Assembly: GCA_964016885.1 (NCBI GenBank)
Contig: OZ024741.1
Coordinates: 139,562,001 to 139,626,000 of the forward strand
Direction of reading: 5' to 3'
Length of the DNA stretch: 64,000 bases
From: Eledone cirrhosa
Taxonomy: Eukaryota
Shown here: positions 29,877 to 44,368 of the stretch, one piece after another
Layout: each line of letters opens with the position of its first letter
How positions within the stretch are numbered: the stretch's first letter is position 1
Position numbers and translations under genes: made by a program
The notes under the pieces: generated by a model
Told to the model about the DNA's origin: nothing
Seen by the model: only the letters and a program-made list of their open reading frames with translations
The model's database searches: none

Positions 29877-30095
29877 TTGGATAAACTGGATAAAATCAGA
29901 AAAATTGAAGTATTTATATTAGTAATAGAGAAAGAAACAGAGGGGATAGTATATGACAGATGGTAAATTAATTTACTGCTAAACAAGTATATAATGGGTT
30001 TCTAATGAGAATACCATGAGTAAATCTAAATAAGAATTTTGGGAGTGCCAATTTTAATCTCTACTTGACCAACTGGACAGTGGACAGGGCTGGTC

Positions 30096-30246
<151 letters not shown>

Positions 30247-30282
30247 TGTTCTATTCTTACGAAAATAATTTCTAGACTTTTC

Positions 30283-30320
<38 letters not shown>

Positions 30321-30386
30321 CGTAAAATAAGAAAATATTTTTTAAAAAATTTTAAAAAATTTTTTTACTTACTTACTTAAATTTTC

Positions 30387-30468
30387 ACTCCAACTAATTA
30401 GTTTCTGCAATGGGATAAAGACAGTTACATAATCCAACTGTCGAGAATTCATTGCGTCATCAGGGAGT
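30387..30468 (-). ncRNA. Type-I hammerhead ribozyme
   Basis: ACTCC-CTGATGA-cgcaatg...gacagtt...aactgtc...cattgca-GAAA-ctaattag-TT-GGAGT. Confidence 0.88.
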
Positions 30469-30939
30469 CTATTCTCAGCTGAGCCTCCAGGCAATGCTCG
30501 GACACTGGCGGCTCATATAAAAATAATAATTCGGTAGAAAGAACAGCTAGGCGAGGACTGGATTCTATGTACTGAAATTCTCACTGCTTCCAGTCAAATG
30601 GCCGATTCTAAAGAATCAATCACGTGACATAGAGGCTAGTTAGAAAGAATGGGATGGTAAGATGACTGACGCCTACTAACACCCCAAAAAAAATGTTGAA
30701 GTGGTTTTGGCAGGTTTGCTCGACAAATCAGTGATTTGGAGATAAATATAGATAATTTAATATATCAACTAACATAGGCGCACAGATGTACGTCCATGCC
30801 AGCAAATACACAGGTTATGTCATAGTACCTAGGTGGTTCAATGCAGGAGGGTGCAGAACAATAATATAAAAGACGTAAAATAAGAAAATATTTTTTTAAA
30901 AATTTTTAAAAAAATTTTTACTTACTTACTTAAATTTTC

Positions 30940-31021
30940 ACTCCAACTAATTAGTTTCTGCAATGGGATAAAGACAGTTACATAATCCAACTGTCGAGAA
31001 TTCATTGCGTCATCAGGGAGT
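30940..31021 (-). ncRNA. Type-I hammerhead ribozyme (repeat copy)
   Basis: Same sequence as 30387-30468. Confidence 0.88.
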
Positions 31022-31083
31022 CTATTCTCAGCTGAGCCTCCAGGCAATGCGCGGACACTGGCGGCTCATATAAAAATAATAAT

Positions 31084-31417
<334 letters not shown>

Positions 31418-31539
31418 GTATACTCCAGTCCTACAAATTGTAGAGTGCTTCTTATCCGATATCTGCATTGCTTTATTGTACTACAATAAAACTCACCTCC
31501 TACATATATCTCTCTCTCTCTATATATATATATATATGT

Positions 31540-31601
<62 letters not shown>

Positions 31602-32101
31602 TGAGAGAGAGAGAGAGAGCGAGAGGAAGTTAGAAAGTGAAAGGTGAAAATGCCCATAGGTTCATTTAAAGACTATTTTATTCTAGAATCCGACAGAATG
31701 AATGCTTTTATAATTGTTTCATTAAATATGACCCATTTCGATTGATATAACAATGTTATTAAATATTCAATACTAAATATGTAATGTTTTATGTAGTCTG
31801 TGAGCAATTTGAATATATGTGAATGTTCTGTCAAAATCTCTTCATATATATATGTTGTTCATGAAGTTGCCGTGGTGAAGATTGAAGTGGTGTTTAACAA
31901 GTCAACATTTAATCGAATTCATTAGGTTAAGAATAGCTAATGCTCTCAACATTCATGCGTGTTGGTTTTTTTTTTTTGTAGGTATTAAGGTGGGGTTCAA
32001 TTGTGTCGAAAGGCCAGTTTGAGGTTTTTGAAATGAACTGAAAATGTTAGGAGTTAAAGTTTTTCATATTTCTTGTGGTATGTGTATGTATTACTTTGTG
32101 G

Positions 32102-32132
<31 letters not shown>

Positions 32133-32629
32133 TTTATGTGCGTTTGTGTGTGTGTTTGTGTGTGTGCGTGTGTGCGTGTCTGCGTTTGTGTCTGTGTGTG
32201 TACTTTTTGTATCAAGAGAATAAAATTGTTTTTAGGTTTTAGGTTTATCAGATAAAAGAAAGGAAAACATATGAATATAAATTAAGCTTATAGGTATAAA
32301 GATGACTGAAAATGGTCCTACTAGTGGGGGATACAGAGGCTGGGTTCCTGGGGGATTTGCAGAAGAAGAGAAAGAAGATAACTTTTGGCAAGGCCAACCG
32401 TAAATTCGCTCGGCATGCAAATTAGTCTAATCAGCCGATGTATAAGTTAGACGATACTATATATTTTCAAGAGTTGCAGTGACTGAGAGAGGAGAGATAC
32501 ACCATCTTGACAAAAGGTAATAACCCAGAAACAATTATTTCGATTGTTCCTCTCTGTCATTGCAAGAAAAAAATGATGGCGATTGCCATGTCAAAAATAG
32601 CGTAATGAAGCACTTTCCTTGCAAACGAA

Positions 32630-32812
32630 TCAGATTGTAGAACTTCGAACGCCACGCTTTGTAGCATAGAGTTACAACCCTTTGCGGTCTGAGTTCAAAT
32701 CCCACCGAGGTTAACTTTACCTTTCATCCTTACGGGTGTCGATAGAGTAAAGTACCAGTAATTGACTGGGGTAATTACCTGCATTGTGCCAAAAGTAGAA
32801 ACAATTATTATT
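32630..32812 (+). mobile_element. tRNA-derived SINE (same family as 5418)
   Basis: GAGTTCAAATCCCACCGAGGTTAACTTT...AAAGTACCAGT...TAGAAACAATTATT. Confidence 0.8.
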
Positions 32813-33139
32813 CGACATAAACTATGCATATAGTTTTTAAATAATTTATATTAACATTTGCAATAATTATAAAATGATTTATTCTACGCACTAAAGAAAA
32901 TATAGTCTTTAAAGATACTTCTGTACAATTTACCTTCACTTTTTAACTTTAACCTTTGTATGGAAATTTACCCACTTTTCGAACAATATGTGTATATATT
33001 TAACCATATATATACAGATATGTGTATATGTACTTAGGTATACATATATAAAATTATACATAAATTATATATATATATGTGTGTATATATTTATATCCAT
33101 ATATATATCCATATATATATATATGTATATATATACATA

Positions 33140-34980
33140 ACTTTGATAGGTTTGGGCCAGTATTGGCTAAGGCGATGTCTAACTTAATAGCACCACCTGG
33201 CGAAGTCTTACAAATCAGTGTCTGGGCACCATGGCCCACTCGAGCAGAGAGTTATTGTTTACGGAAGCATATCCGGGTGCAGGAGGCTTATCCGGGATTT
33301 CTTGAAGGAATTTATCCAAAAACTTCTTGAACTTGATGGGGTCTGTCTCTGCTTTGACGTGTTTTGGCGTAATGTTAAAGAGTGTCGGGCCAGTTGAGGT
33401 GAAATAATTGTGCCGTATTGTTGTTATGTTATGCGCGTGGGATTTTTGTCCCGGGAGGATAACACGGGCCCCAAGCCTTGCATGTACACTAAAGATGATG
33501 CCAACATCATTTGGGCTAAGGTGATGGAATATTTTCCACTTCATACAGATAATGTAGCGCTCACGGCGACGTTGGAGAGAATAAAGTTGGAGCTTTTCTA
33601 ATCGACCCCAATAGTCAAGGCCTGTCATGCCAACTATCTTTTTTGTAATTGGCCTTTGGGGTGCTTCAACTTTCATGACACTTTGTTTCGTGTGGGGTAA
33701 CCACAGTGGACAACAGTATTCAAGGTGGGATCGGGCAAAAGTGGAGAAGAGAAGGACAACAGTTATTGGAAGCCACCAGAGTTTCACCCGAAGGAAGAGA
33801 GTATGGTAGTTTCAGAGTATCCTTTTTTCCAAAGTGGATTAGTTCAAAGTTATCCTCATTCCACAGCATATTATTCATCTCTGCCCATTGGATAACAACC
33901 AGTAGGTCTGACTGAAGGCAGGTCCGGTTACCCATTTCATTGATGACCCATTGGAGCTTGGAATCATCTGCGAAAATTCTGATGTTACTGTGTTTGATGA
34001 TGTCAGTAATGTCATTAATGTAGATGATGAAAAGAAGTGGGCCCAACACAGTGCCTTGTGGGACGCCACTGCAGACTTTGGCAGGGCTTGATTCTACACC
34101 TTCGACTACAACATGGTGGGTTCTGCCTGTCAGGAAACATTTGATCCACTGTAGTAACATTCCAGAGACACCAACGTTAGATAGTTTTTTCAGTAGAATC
34201 TTACGATCAACCCTGTCGAAGGCCTTGCTGAAATCAAGGTAGATGACATCAGTGTTGGAGCCCTTTCCCAAGGCTCTCAAAACATCGTCAAATTGATGCA
34301 GGAGCTGCGTTAGGCAGTCCCTTCCATTACGAAACCCATGTTGGTTGGAGTTCAGCAGGCCGTTGCTTTCAAGAAAGTGGGTTATTCGTGATCTCACCAT
34401 CCTCTCAAATACCTTGATAATATGAGAGGTGAGTGAGATCGGACGGTCGTTCACTGCAAGGGACTTATTTCCCTTTTTGAAGACTGGGACAACGGACTGG
34501 ACAGAAAGTTTTCAGGAATATAGCCAGTGTCAAGTGAGTTCCTCCACAGATTAGCAAGAGGAGTTGCAAGTTGGTGTCGACACACCTTCAGGACACAAGC
34601 AGGGAACCTCTCGGAGCCTACTGCTGAATTGTGTTTAATTTCGTTTATTGCAGCTACGACATCAGGAGCGCCAAACGTTATGTCTGATATAGTGTGTTGG
34701 GGGTTAATATCACTGATACGGCCCAGATCGGCCATATCAGGGTTGCAGAAAACAGAGCAGATTGGTTTTGGCCTTGTCCTGGAGTGTGCCATTTTCATCA
34801 ACTAGAGGGCCAACAGTGGAGACGGTGACCTTGTGTTTTTTAGCGAATGAGAAGAACACTTTGGGGTTGAGTTTGATTTTCTCAATGGCCCACCTCTCTT
34901 CAGGTATTCTCTGGTTAGTGATGATGGTCATCATGCATTGCTGGAGGTTGTATTTTTTTACTCAAGCAGGGTGATAGCCA
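33140..34980 (-). mobile_element. 5'-truncated CR1-group LINE, frameshifted RT
   Basis: RPISLTSHIIKVFER, QHGFR, DVIYLDFSKAFDRV, SGVPQGTVLGPLLF, IFADDSK, RSHLEYCCPLW and YSLQRRRERY. Confidence 0.92.
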
Positions 34981-35055
34981 TTGAATGTGTGTGTTGCTGT
35001 TGGCAGTATTTTATATACTGGCATATATATACATACATATATATACATATATATA

Positions 35056-35143
<88 letters not shown>

Positions 35144-35175
35144 CATTTATATATACGGCATATATATATATATAT

Positions 35176-35258
<83 letters not shown>

Positions 35259-35610
35259 ATCGAAATTTCTACTAACATATATCAATACATCAAGATTTTC
35301 TCGTCTACGTATATATGGCCGGTATATGTTTCTATAGTTCATCAGTATATCAGACCGTATTTCTGTTTATCTTCATCACAAGTGTTGTTTGTGGACACAT
35401 TGTACGATATTGATTAGAAGATGCGTTCTAATAAATCTCACGTCCACCGGAAGAGAAGCACTGATAAGTACAACATCCCAGCATTGTTTTATACCGTATG
35501 GATGTGAAAACATACATGTACTGTATCCGAACTATTTGAATGTTTATCGCCCTACAACTGTGAAGAGGTGTGAAGTAGAATGAATTATCTGCGCCTAAAT
35601 TTAACAAATG

Positions 35611-35645
<35 letters not shown>

Positions 35646-35650
<5 letters not shown>

Positions 35651-35781
35651 AACCAGTAAGACCCCAACGGCTGAGCTCAACCGTCGGTGTCTTACTGGTT
35701 CCTATTACCCACTCTACTACCCTAAGTATTGAGTACTTTGGTGCGTCATGGTCCACCTGGTTCCTTACCACATTTCCTTCG

Positions 35782-35783
<2 letters not shown>
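35646..35783 (+). mobile_element. Third copy of the small fold-back element, here turning at the GAGCTC palindrome
   Basis: ATAGGAACCAGTAAGAC...GAGCTC...GTCTTACTGGTTCCTAT, followed by the same tail as 20927-21004. Confidence 0.75.
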
Positions 35784-35819
<36 letters not shown>

Positions 35820-35883
35820 ATATATATATATATATAAATATATATATACATATATATATATATAGATATATATACACACACAC

Positions 35884-35917
<34 letters not shown>

Positions 35918-35929
35918 GTGTATATATAT

Positions 35930-35968
<39 letters not shown>

Positions 35969-36334
35969 CACGTGTGTGCGTGTGTGTGTGTGTGTGTATA
36001 TATGTACATATATACGATTATATACGAGTGTATATGGAGTGTATATACGAGTGTATATGGATGCATTTCAATGTAGTGTTAGTGTAGATTTTTACGTTTG
36101 GCCTTTTATCGACCTCATAAAAGCTTTTATTCAATTTGCTGTTGAATTTGTGACACAGGTCATCCCAACAGTTCAATCAATATATCTGATATTACACCTT
36201 CCTATCCCGTATAGTGAGAAAATTGTGTTGATATAATATATATACGTGTGTGTGTTTATGTGTGTTTGTGTGTTTATGTGTGTGTGTGCGCGTGTGCGTA
36301 TTTATGTGTGTGTTTGTGTGTGTGTGTGCGTCTT

Positions 36335-37440
36335 CATTTGTTTGTCTGGTTGCCTCCAACACACCTAAAAGCTAGTGAACCAATCTTGTTCAAACTTGGG
36401 ATGCGACTTCCTTAAACTCGGGGGAATATGTTTCCTGCAAACTTGGGCCTATATTCATTTGATGTTATGTTTGTTAGTCTGGGTTTGGGAATATAACGTT
36501 AATAGTAATGACAGAATGAAACAGGTAAATAAGCGAAAAGTGAGCAACACGCGTTTTGATTGACGACTGGAAACTCGACTAAAAATAAAATTTGTGAAAC
36601 CTGTAATACTTTTTATATATTCATTTCCATTATTTTTTTGCTATTCTTTCGGAAAGATAACTGAAAGTTAATGCATGTGTCCTCATTTATCGAAAGTTTT
36701 AGTCAGCTCTTAGCATTTGGTTGTTGTTTCCGAAACATAACTGAGAAGCATATGCATTTATTACTTTTTCAAGAAAATCAGACTCGACTTAAATCCATCT
36801 TTAACAGAAATATTTAAAATTCATAGGTGATTAATATTGACTTTAGCAGCTGCTAGCAGAAAATGCCACCGAAGAATAGACCTCCTTTTGGAAGGTTTCA
36901 TAAAGCTTTAGAAAGGCATCTACAAAGAGATTATGGAAGTGAGGAGCAGCGAGAAGATAAACTCCAGCAACGAAGGAAAATAGCAGCGAAATATATGCGA
37001 AGTGAATCAGAAGAGAACAAAGATAAAAACTTTGCTGCTGATAGGAAAAGTTTAGCAACTATTCGACAAATGTTTTTCCAAACAACATATGCGTTTTTTC
37101 AACAGTCCCTAGATTTATAGCATGAGTGTAAGTCCATATCGCTCAATCTCTATTTCGTTGACCATCCTGGATTGACTATTGAACTAAACTATTTATTGGT
37201 GAAACATATTTCAAAAGCAATTAAGGAATATGTACGAATGATTATAAATGATTATTGCCAGGTATCTGTATATGACATTTTTGTTCAATTTTAATATGTT
37301 ATCTTACGGAACTTTCAGTTTTTATATTCTTTACAAATTATCTCCTGTTAATGTTTCATACATTCATATATATATATATGTAAACAATCTTTTAATTGAA
37401 CTAGCAGTAAAAGAAACCTCGGGCGGTTATTTGCTAGCAT
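36335..37440 (+). mobile_element. Internally deleted Helitron derivative with an N-terminal RepHel-like ORF remnant (36863-37120)
   Basis: MPPKNR...GR...SEEQREDKLQQRR...RSESEENKD resembles the E(T/S)xEQRxxRL repeats at Helitron RepHel N-termini. It ends ...GGGCGGTTATTTGCTAG, and a related 5' segment lies inverted at ~40545-40645. Confidence 0.5.
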
Positions 37441-37559
37441 ATCTAGTGTGATTATTGGTTTTATACGCAAATATATATGCTTATAACATCATATGTAAAT
37501 TGAAAAGTAAATTGACAATATCTTCTCCTTCGCCCACTTATTTTTGAGAAGATCGTGGG

Positions 37560-38030
37560 GGCAAAGTCCTCTTCAAACACTCTTTCTAGCGAGTCTGTCA
37601 GAAGTAAACATCTCTAACTGATCAAGGTGGATCCCAAGTTCATGGATGTTATCCAACTATCTTGCGCGGGGTTTATCTCTGGTTTGCCTGTAAAATCTGT
37701 CCAGCGATTGTTTCCTGAGACATTCTAACCACATGCCCATAGTATCGGAGCTGTGATTTCTCAATCCGGAGAAGTAGGGGCTGCTCTACAAGGAATGACT
37801 CTCTGATCTCTGAGCTATGCACTTTATCGAGCAACATTATTCGAAAGACCCTACGTAGGAACCCCATTTCTGCCGTTTGTGTTTACAATGTTATTCTTAC
37901 GGTCATTACCCAAAATTCATGACCGTCGGTAAAAGTTGACAGAAATACCAAGAAGACAGCGAGTTTGGCTTTTACACCTACCCTCTTCATCTGATTACTG
38001 AATGCTGAAGCTGAATCCTTACTGCAACAG
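37560..38030 (-). mobile_element. RTE-clade LINE 3' fragment, decayed
   Basis: AEMGFLRRV...DKVHSSEIRE...RIEKSQLRYYGHVVRM. Confidence 0.8.
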
Positions 38031-41000
38031 TTTTGCAATTCTTGCAAGCAAGGAAAAGCGGACGTAAAATGGTGATGATGATGAACTCAGCCTCCTGTTT
38101 TTCCATAAATCATTAAAACGGCCCTGAGATACTTGAACTTCCCCACCTGTTTCAGTGGAACTCCATTCACATATATATAAATTTGAACGACTTCTATCCA
38201 TCCGTCCGTCACAAATTGTGTGTATGCTTGTGTGAATTTATGTGTATATCTTAGTCATTAATGTAAACAAAATCTAGCCCCTTAATAAATATTTTTTTAA
38301 ATATATAACAAACAAACATTCACAAATATAGATAATTTGCCATTTGAATAATCCTTTGAGAGGTAACCAGAGTAATAATGGACGTAAAGAAACATGCTGT
38401 GATCAACAGTCAATTGAAATTTAACAGATCGGTTCTGCTGTTGATTTATTCTGAGGGCATCGGAGTACGCCAAATATGATAAATGAATGTCAGCCTACAT
38501 AGAAATGTCTAGTTTAATACTGACACAATACGTATCTATAAATTCGTCAAGAGTTTCAATTTTCAGCCATGTGGGCTGGAATTCAGTCCCGCTGCGTGTT
38601 ACTTTACGCAAGAGTATACTTCTAGAATCTAGACCCTGCAGTTGAACAATGGTTTGTAAAGGATATTTGTGTGCTTGAGTGTGTAGGTTTGAGTGTGTGT
38701 GTATGTGCTTTTGAGTATGTGTTTGTGAAAGTTTACCTTTCTGCCTCTGTCTTTTTTCCAGTATATTTTATTCCTTCATCTTAAGAGTTCGATAAAAAAA
38801 AGATCGGTGATTATCAATGACTAAATAAAAGCGATACCGCTATGTTGCCGCTGTATAATCAATGTGACCAGTCAAATATATATTACATTCATGTCGATTT
38901 GTTATTGAAGGTTGTTGACCTTGTTATTTCATGACATGTATTTTTACTTGAATATGTATTTCCACTAATTATTCTGAAATCCTGAAATTCGTTTGAAATA
39001 ATATTCCCTATTATATTTCAATGCGCGCTCACATGTTAATGATATATTATTCCATGCATGCAAGCTGAATGAACGGATATTTAAATCTCACATATTTATA
39101 GATTTAGCTGGGAACCTATGAACTTCTGTCGCATAGATTTATTGATTAATTTAGTGATTGTAATCTCGGTGTAAAATACATGTACTTGCTCAAGAATCGA
39201 ATGCATCGCTCGATCTCGGATTTGAAATCCATATCTCATAATCTTATAAACCACGAAGTATGCGCCCTTTCAAGCTAAATAAAAGCAAGATCATATATGA
39301 GTTCCTACCCAAATCAATTACGTTCGAAAATTCATTCAAATTACATACGTGAACATCTACTAAAATAACATATTAAAATGTGAATATTATTGTGCATAAC
39401 ATATTAAAGATAAAATTAAGTTCCAAATATTTAACCCGTGCATTACTATTTCTAATAAATGTCACTGCCTATGATTTTAAAATAAGTTTGAAAATAATTT
39501 GCAATTCGTAGGGTGTTATTAATATAAATCTTATTGTTTAACTGGTGTTTGGAATATAAAATTACAAATCTTGCATAAAATAATTGGTAAAACGTTAGTG
39601 GGTGAACATAAAATATTTTACACATTCCTAGCAATATTTTTAATGCAAAGTAAACTTCCAAAGTATTAGAAAGTTAATAAGTAAATACGAATTTTTTGTT
39701 TTTAAGCTGGTTTTAATATTTTAATTAACGTAAACTTAGGATGCAATAGTTTTGATAAATACAAACAATCGGATCATTTCCTTACCATAATTCGCATGAA
39801 AATCGCCGATTATAATGTTCAGATAATTTTTAATTATCCGCAATAATTGAACAAACTGATTAATTTTGCGACCCTCTCAATCAGGAGCCTGATGGCATTG
39901 AACCGGGTGGTGGAGGAGGGTGCGGGCCCACCCGTGACTTCGAGATTGAAGGGCAATATCACTTCCTTCGGTGACCATTCCCTTGCAAGACACTCAACCC
40001 CTCTCGTGCGGCCCACCAGCGCCATCTCAGCCCAATCCTGACTGTAAGAATGTCTCCGTGATAGTGTCAACCTAAAACTATTCATTTTCTGTATGTGTAA
40101 CCAAATAAAGTTTTTAAACATTCTCAATATATATATATATATAAAGAATGTATTATAAAATATGATGTAGCTGGTAGAGGAGGGAGCGGTTGTTTGACAT
40201 TAAGGCAAGTGTGTAATGTTGTTTTATGTTGATTGAACCCGAGTCGCCCACTGTGTTTTAGTCGTACATCCTTTAGTCGTACGTTCAATACTGAAGCTAG
40301 CGGATGCGTGTTGCTTTAGTGTCGGCTAATATGTTGAACCCTTAGTTCCCTCTTTGATTTTCAGCGCTCTGTTTAATTTCACGTATGCTGACATTCTCCC
40401 AAATTTACAGTTCTTCATTCTTTCTATTTTCCGTCACATTCCGTCTTAATGAAGACGGTAACTAACGACGACCACCATACACATTCACGTACAGGCAAAC
40501 AAACATATAAAGAAATGGATATATATAGGTTCACTTGTGAGAAAATCATATTCCTCAGTTTAAGGAACTCACATGCCAAGTTTGAAAATGATTGTTCTAT
40601 TGGTTTTTAAGTGCATAGGAAACAGATAGGCAAACAAACGAACTATTGTATATAGAGACAGATGTGTGTGTGTGTGTGTGTGTGTGTATGTTGGTGAGTG
40701 TGTGTGTATTGGTGTGCCTTATATGCCGTAGGTTAGCGGTTTGACAAAAAATAACAAATACAAAGTGCCTATTTTAAATTGAGTAGCAGGGTCGTTCGAC
40801 TAAGCATTGATTCTGTAAAAGTCAGTGTCCCACCATGACTGCTGCTTGATAAGTGAAATCAGTAAATTAGTAAAATAATATTACTTGCCTGTAACATTAT
40901 ATAATACATTTAAACGGATAAATCTGACAATATGAAGAGAACTTCGGGTTAAGAATAAGTGGTGTGAGAAGAATATGACAATTTTCAGAAATGTCAATGC

Positions 41001-41734
41001 ATCCATTTATGTCACAACCAAATTCCTCAGCTTTTAAACAAGTTCTTCAATATTGATTATAGAACATAATTTTGTGAGCAGTTGTTGTCTGGCGAGTAAA
41101 CATGGAAGTAAATCACATATCGAAAAACACTTTTCAACGGTGAAGCAATTGATTAAAAGTAAAAGTAAGAAAAATGAAATGAAATAATTTATCGATAGAA
41201 TCTGAGCAACTCAAACAACGTTGCCATAGTAACTTTAAAAAACACTGAAATATGTTTACATGTATAAGCCCGTTCCCTCCCAGTTATAAGCCCGCCGAAA
41301 CTGCCATTGTGGAAGACCTGCATTCGCCTATATACAACAATCTCCCCTCCACGCCAGCGGTCTTATACAAAACAAAGGTACATGCCGATACAGCCTGGCA
41401 CCAGTGTCATATGTAGAGCTGAGTGCCTTGCTCATCAACAAAGTGAATATGTCAGTCTGGGAATCGAACATACAACCTCACGATGTAGATCCTATGCGCT
41501 ATCCACTGTACCATGCGAAACATTCGAAACAGTGCTCACAGTTTGTGATTATTTTGATATGTATTGTAGTGTTCGTTTTCTGTTTTCTACCCAATATTAG
41601 ATGTTTTATTTCTTTACTTATTGTTTTGTGTTTTTGCTTATTATATTACTCATCTTATTTTTATATTCATCGCTCTGTTTTCAGACAGAGATAGACTAAT
41701 TGATTTGACTGAAGAGTCTTTACATTATATCACA

Positions 41735-41940
41735 TTGCAAGGATGTAGATTGCTCGTCAGACAAAATGCTTCACGGCTTTTAGTTACAATCCCTTACATT
41801 CTGAGTTCAAATCCAGCATAGGTTAACTTTGCTTCTCCTCCTTTTGGGTTGATACAATTAAGTACCAGTAATGCACTTGAGTCGATTTGTTAAACTTTCC
41901 TTTTATCCAAAACTATTGGCCTTGAGCATAAATCAAAAAA
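41735..41940 (+). mobile_element. tRNA-derived SINE, decayed
   Basis: CTGAGTTCAAATCCAGC...GTTAACTTTGC...AAGTACCAGT. Confidence 0.7.
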
Positions 41941-42630
41941 CCAATATATGACGTTGCAAATATGTGATGTGCTAAAAATACGAAGGAAATTCGGTTACCT
42001 CTAATCAGTTTATATGGGAATGAGAAATAATTATTTAATTTAAGCAGTAGACCAAATGTTTGGGGAGAGGAAGTAGAAAGTCAATTATATCGATCTTATT
42101 ATTTGACTAGAACAATATTTTATGGAACACGAAATGATGAAATGCAATGTTGACAATCACGGTATTTAAAGTACGAAAGCAAAGCGCTGTAACTAGATTA
42201 TTCAAAGTATGATGTCTGACATTCTACCGATCCTAAATAATAATAGTGTTACAAAACCACTAGGCACGAGAAGTCAGAATGTGGAGAGACATAAAAACCT
42301 TCAATTTTAAATCAATGGCACACGGCATCCGGTGATTACACCCCCTACCTATGGTAAACAACAGCAGATTGACTTTAGTTATGGTGTGATTTATTTATCG
42401 ATTCGTACGTAAGCAATATGATGAAAATTGTGTTTAAAATAGAAAAATACTCTTCAGAATTGTTTAGTTATCAATGGGATGGAAATTGATGATTGTCACT
42501 TCTAAATCATATATATACATATATGTGTGTGTGATTATACACACATACATACGCACACAGACAAACATATATATATATATATATATATATTTATGTTCTC
42601 ATTTATATATATATACAAATGTGTGTGTGC

Positions 42631-42670
<40 letters not shown>

Positions 42671-42722
42671 GTAAGTATGTACGTATACGTACATACATAT
42701 ATGTATACAGACGTACAGTAGC

Positions 42723-42790
<68 letters not shown>

Positions 42791-42936
42791 GCACACATAT
42801 ATATATGTACGTATCAGTTTACCGAACATTTATAATAATGTTCGCTTTGTTCGTTTGTAAACAAACGGACAGCCTGATTTAAGCCATACAGTGTTCAGGC
42901 AGCCACGTCACCTTTTTGTTCAACACTGACACAGGA

Positions 42937-42979
42937 ACGATGTACTAGTTTCAAGCTTGTTAGCTATCGTCAGCACCGT
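42937..42979 (-). ncRNA. Minimal type-I hammerhead ribozyme
   Basis: ACGGTG-CTGACGA-tagct aaca agctt-GAAA-ctag-TA-CATCGT, with palindromic stem III ACTAGT. Confidence 0.9.
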
Positions 42980-43215
42980 ATACCTTTCTGCCAGATGGTT
43001 GAACGTTCGAAAGTATATACTTTCCTTATGAAAATTAACGGCTGAGCAGCCTAATTTGCATATCGAGTAAGTTCAGTCCGCCAGGCGCACCGAAAACGAT
43101 AAATGGAATAGAATGAAACGAAATTTCATTTCTCTCTCTTAGTACGGCACTTACTTAAATGTAAGTATGTATGTATACGTACATACATATATGTATACAG
43201 ACGTACAGTAGCATG

Positions 43216-43267
<52 letters not shown>

Positions 43268-43424
43268 CATACATACAGGCACACATATATATATGTACGT
43301 ATCAGTTTACCGAACATTTATTATAATGTTCGCTTTGTTCGTTTGTAAACAAACGGACAGCCTGATTTACGCCGTACAGTGTTCAGGCAACCACGTCACC
43401 TTTTTGTTCAACACTGACACAGGA

Positions 43425-43467
43425 ACGATGTACTAGTTTCAAGCTTGTTAGCTATCGTCAGCACCGT
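43425..43467 (-). ncRNA. Minimal type-I hammerhead ribozyme (tandem copy)
   Basis: Identical to 42937-42979, offset by 488 bp. Confidence 0.9.
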
Positions 43468-43931
43468 ATACCTTTCTGCCAGATGGTTGAACGTTCGAAA
43501 GTATATACTTTCCTTATGAAAATTAATGACTGAACAAAAAGGTGACGTGGTTGCCTGAACACTGTACGGCGTAAACCAGGCTGTCCGTTTGTTTACAAAC
43601 GAACAAAGCGAACATTATAATAAATGTTCGGTAAACTGATACGTACATATATATATGTGTGCCTGTATGTATGTATATATATATATATATATATACATGC
43701 TACTGTACGTCTGTATACATATATGTATGTACGTATACATACATACTTACATTTAAGTAAGTGCCGTAATAAGAGTGAGAAATGAAATTTCGGTTCATTC
43801 TATTTTATTTATCGTTTTCGGTGCGCCTGGCCGACTGAACTCACTCGATATGCAAATTAGGCTGCTCAGCCATTAATTTTCATAAGGAAAGTATATACTT
43901 TCGAACGTTCAACCATCTGGCAGAAAGGTAT

Positions 43932-43974
43932 ACGGTGCTGACGATAGCTAACAAGCTTGAAACTAGTATATCGT
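43932..43974 (+). ncRNA. Minimal type-I hammerhead ribozyme (inverted copy)
   Basis: ACGGTG-CTGACGA-tagctaacaagctt-GAAA-ctag-TA-TATCGT. Confidence 0.88.
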
Positions 43975-44124
43975 TCCTGTGTCAGTGTTGAAAAAAAAAG
44001 GTGACCTGGTTGCCTGAACACTGTATGGCATAAATCAGGCTGTCCGTTTGTTTACAAACGAACAAAGCGAACATTATAATAAATGTTGGGTAAACTGTTA
44101 CGTACATATATATATGTGTGCCTG

Positions 44125-44193
<69 letters not shown>

Positions 44194-44295
44194 GCTACTG
44201 TACGTCTGTATACATATATGTATGTACGTATACATACTTACATTTAAGTAAGTGCCGTACTAAGAGTGAGAAATGAAATTTCGTTTCATTCTATT

Positions 44296-44368
<73 letters not shown>

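Larger units (their letters stand above)
42668..44298. mobile_element. Tandem + inverted array of a ~488-bp non-coding HHR-containing unit (retrozyme-like)
   Basis: About 1.8 units at 42668-43530, then about 1.6 units in reverse orientation at 43531-44298. Each unit has an internal (TA)n and one HHR. Confidence 0.88.

Noticed and set aside
35255-35530. Two possible hammerhead remnants (minus CTGATGA...GAAA-tttcga-TA; plus CTGATAA...GAAA)
   Set aside because: Stem I does not pair and the cores are ambiguous, so they cannot be separated from chance.
39847-40050. GC-rich island with CAG and GTAAG that might be a host exon
   Set aside because: All plus frames contain a stop within the putative 159-nt exon and I recognise no domain. 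It is probably a TE scrap.
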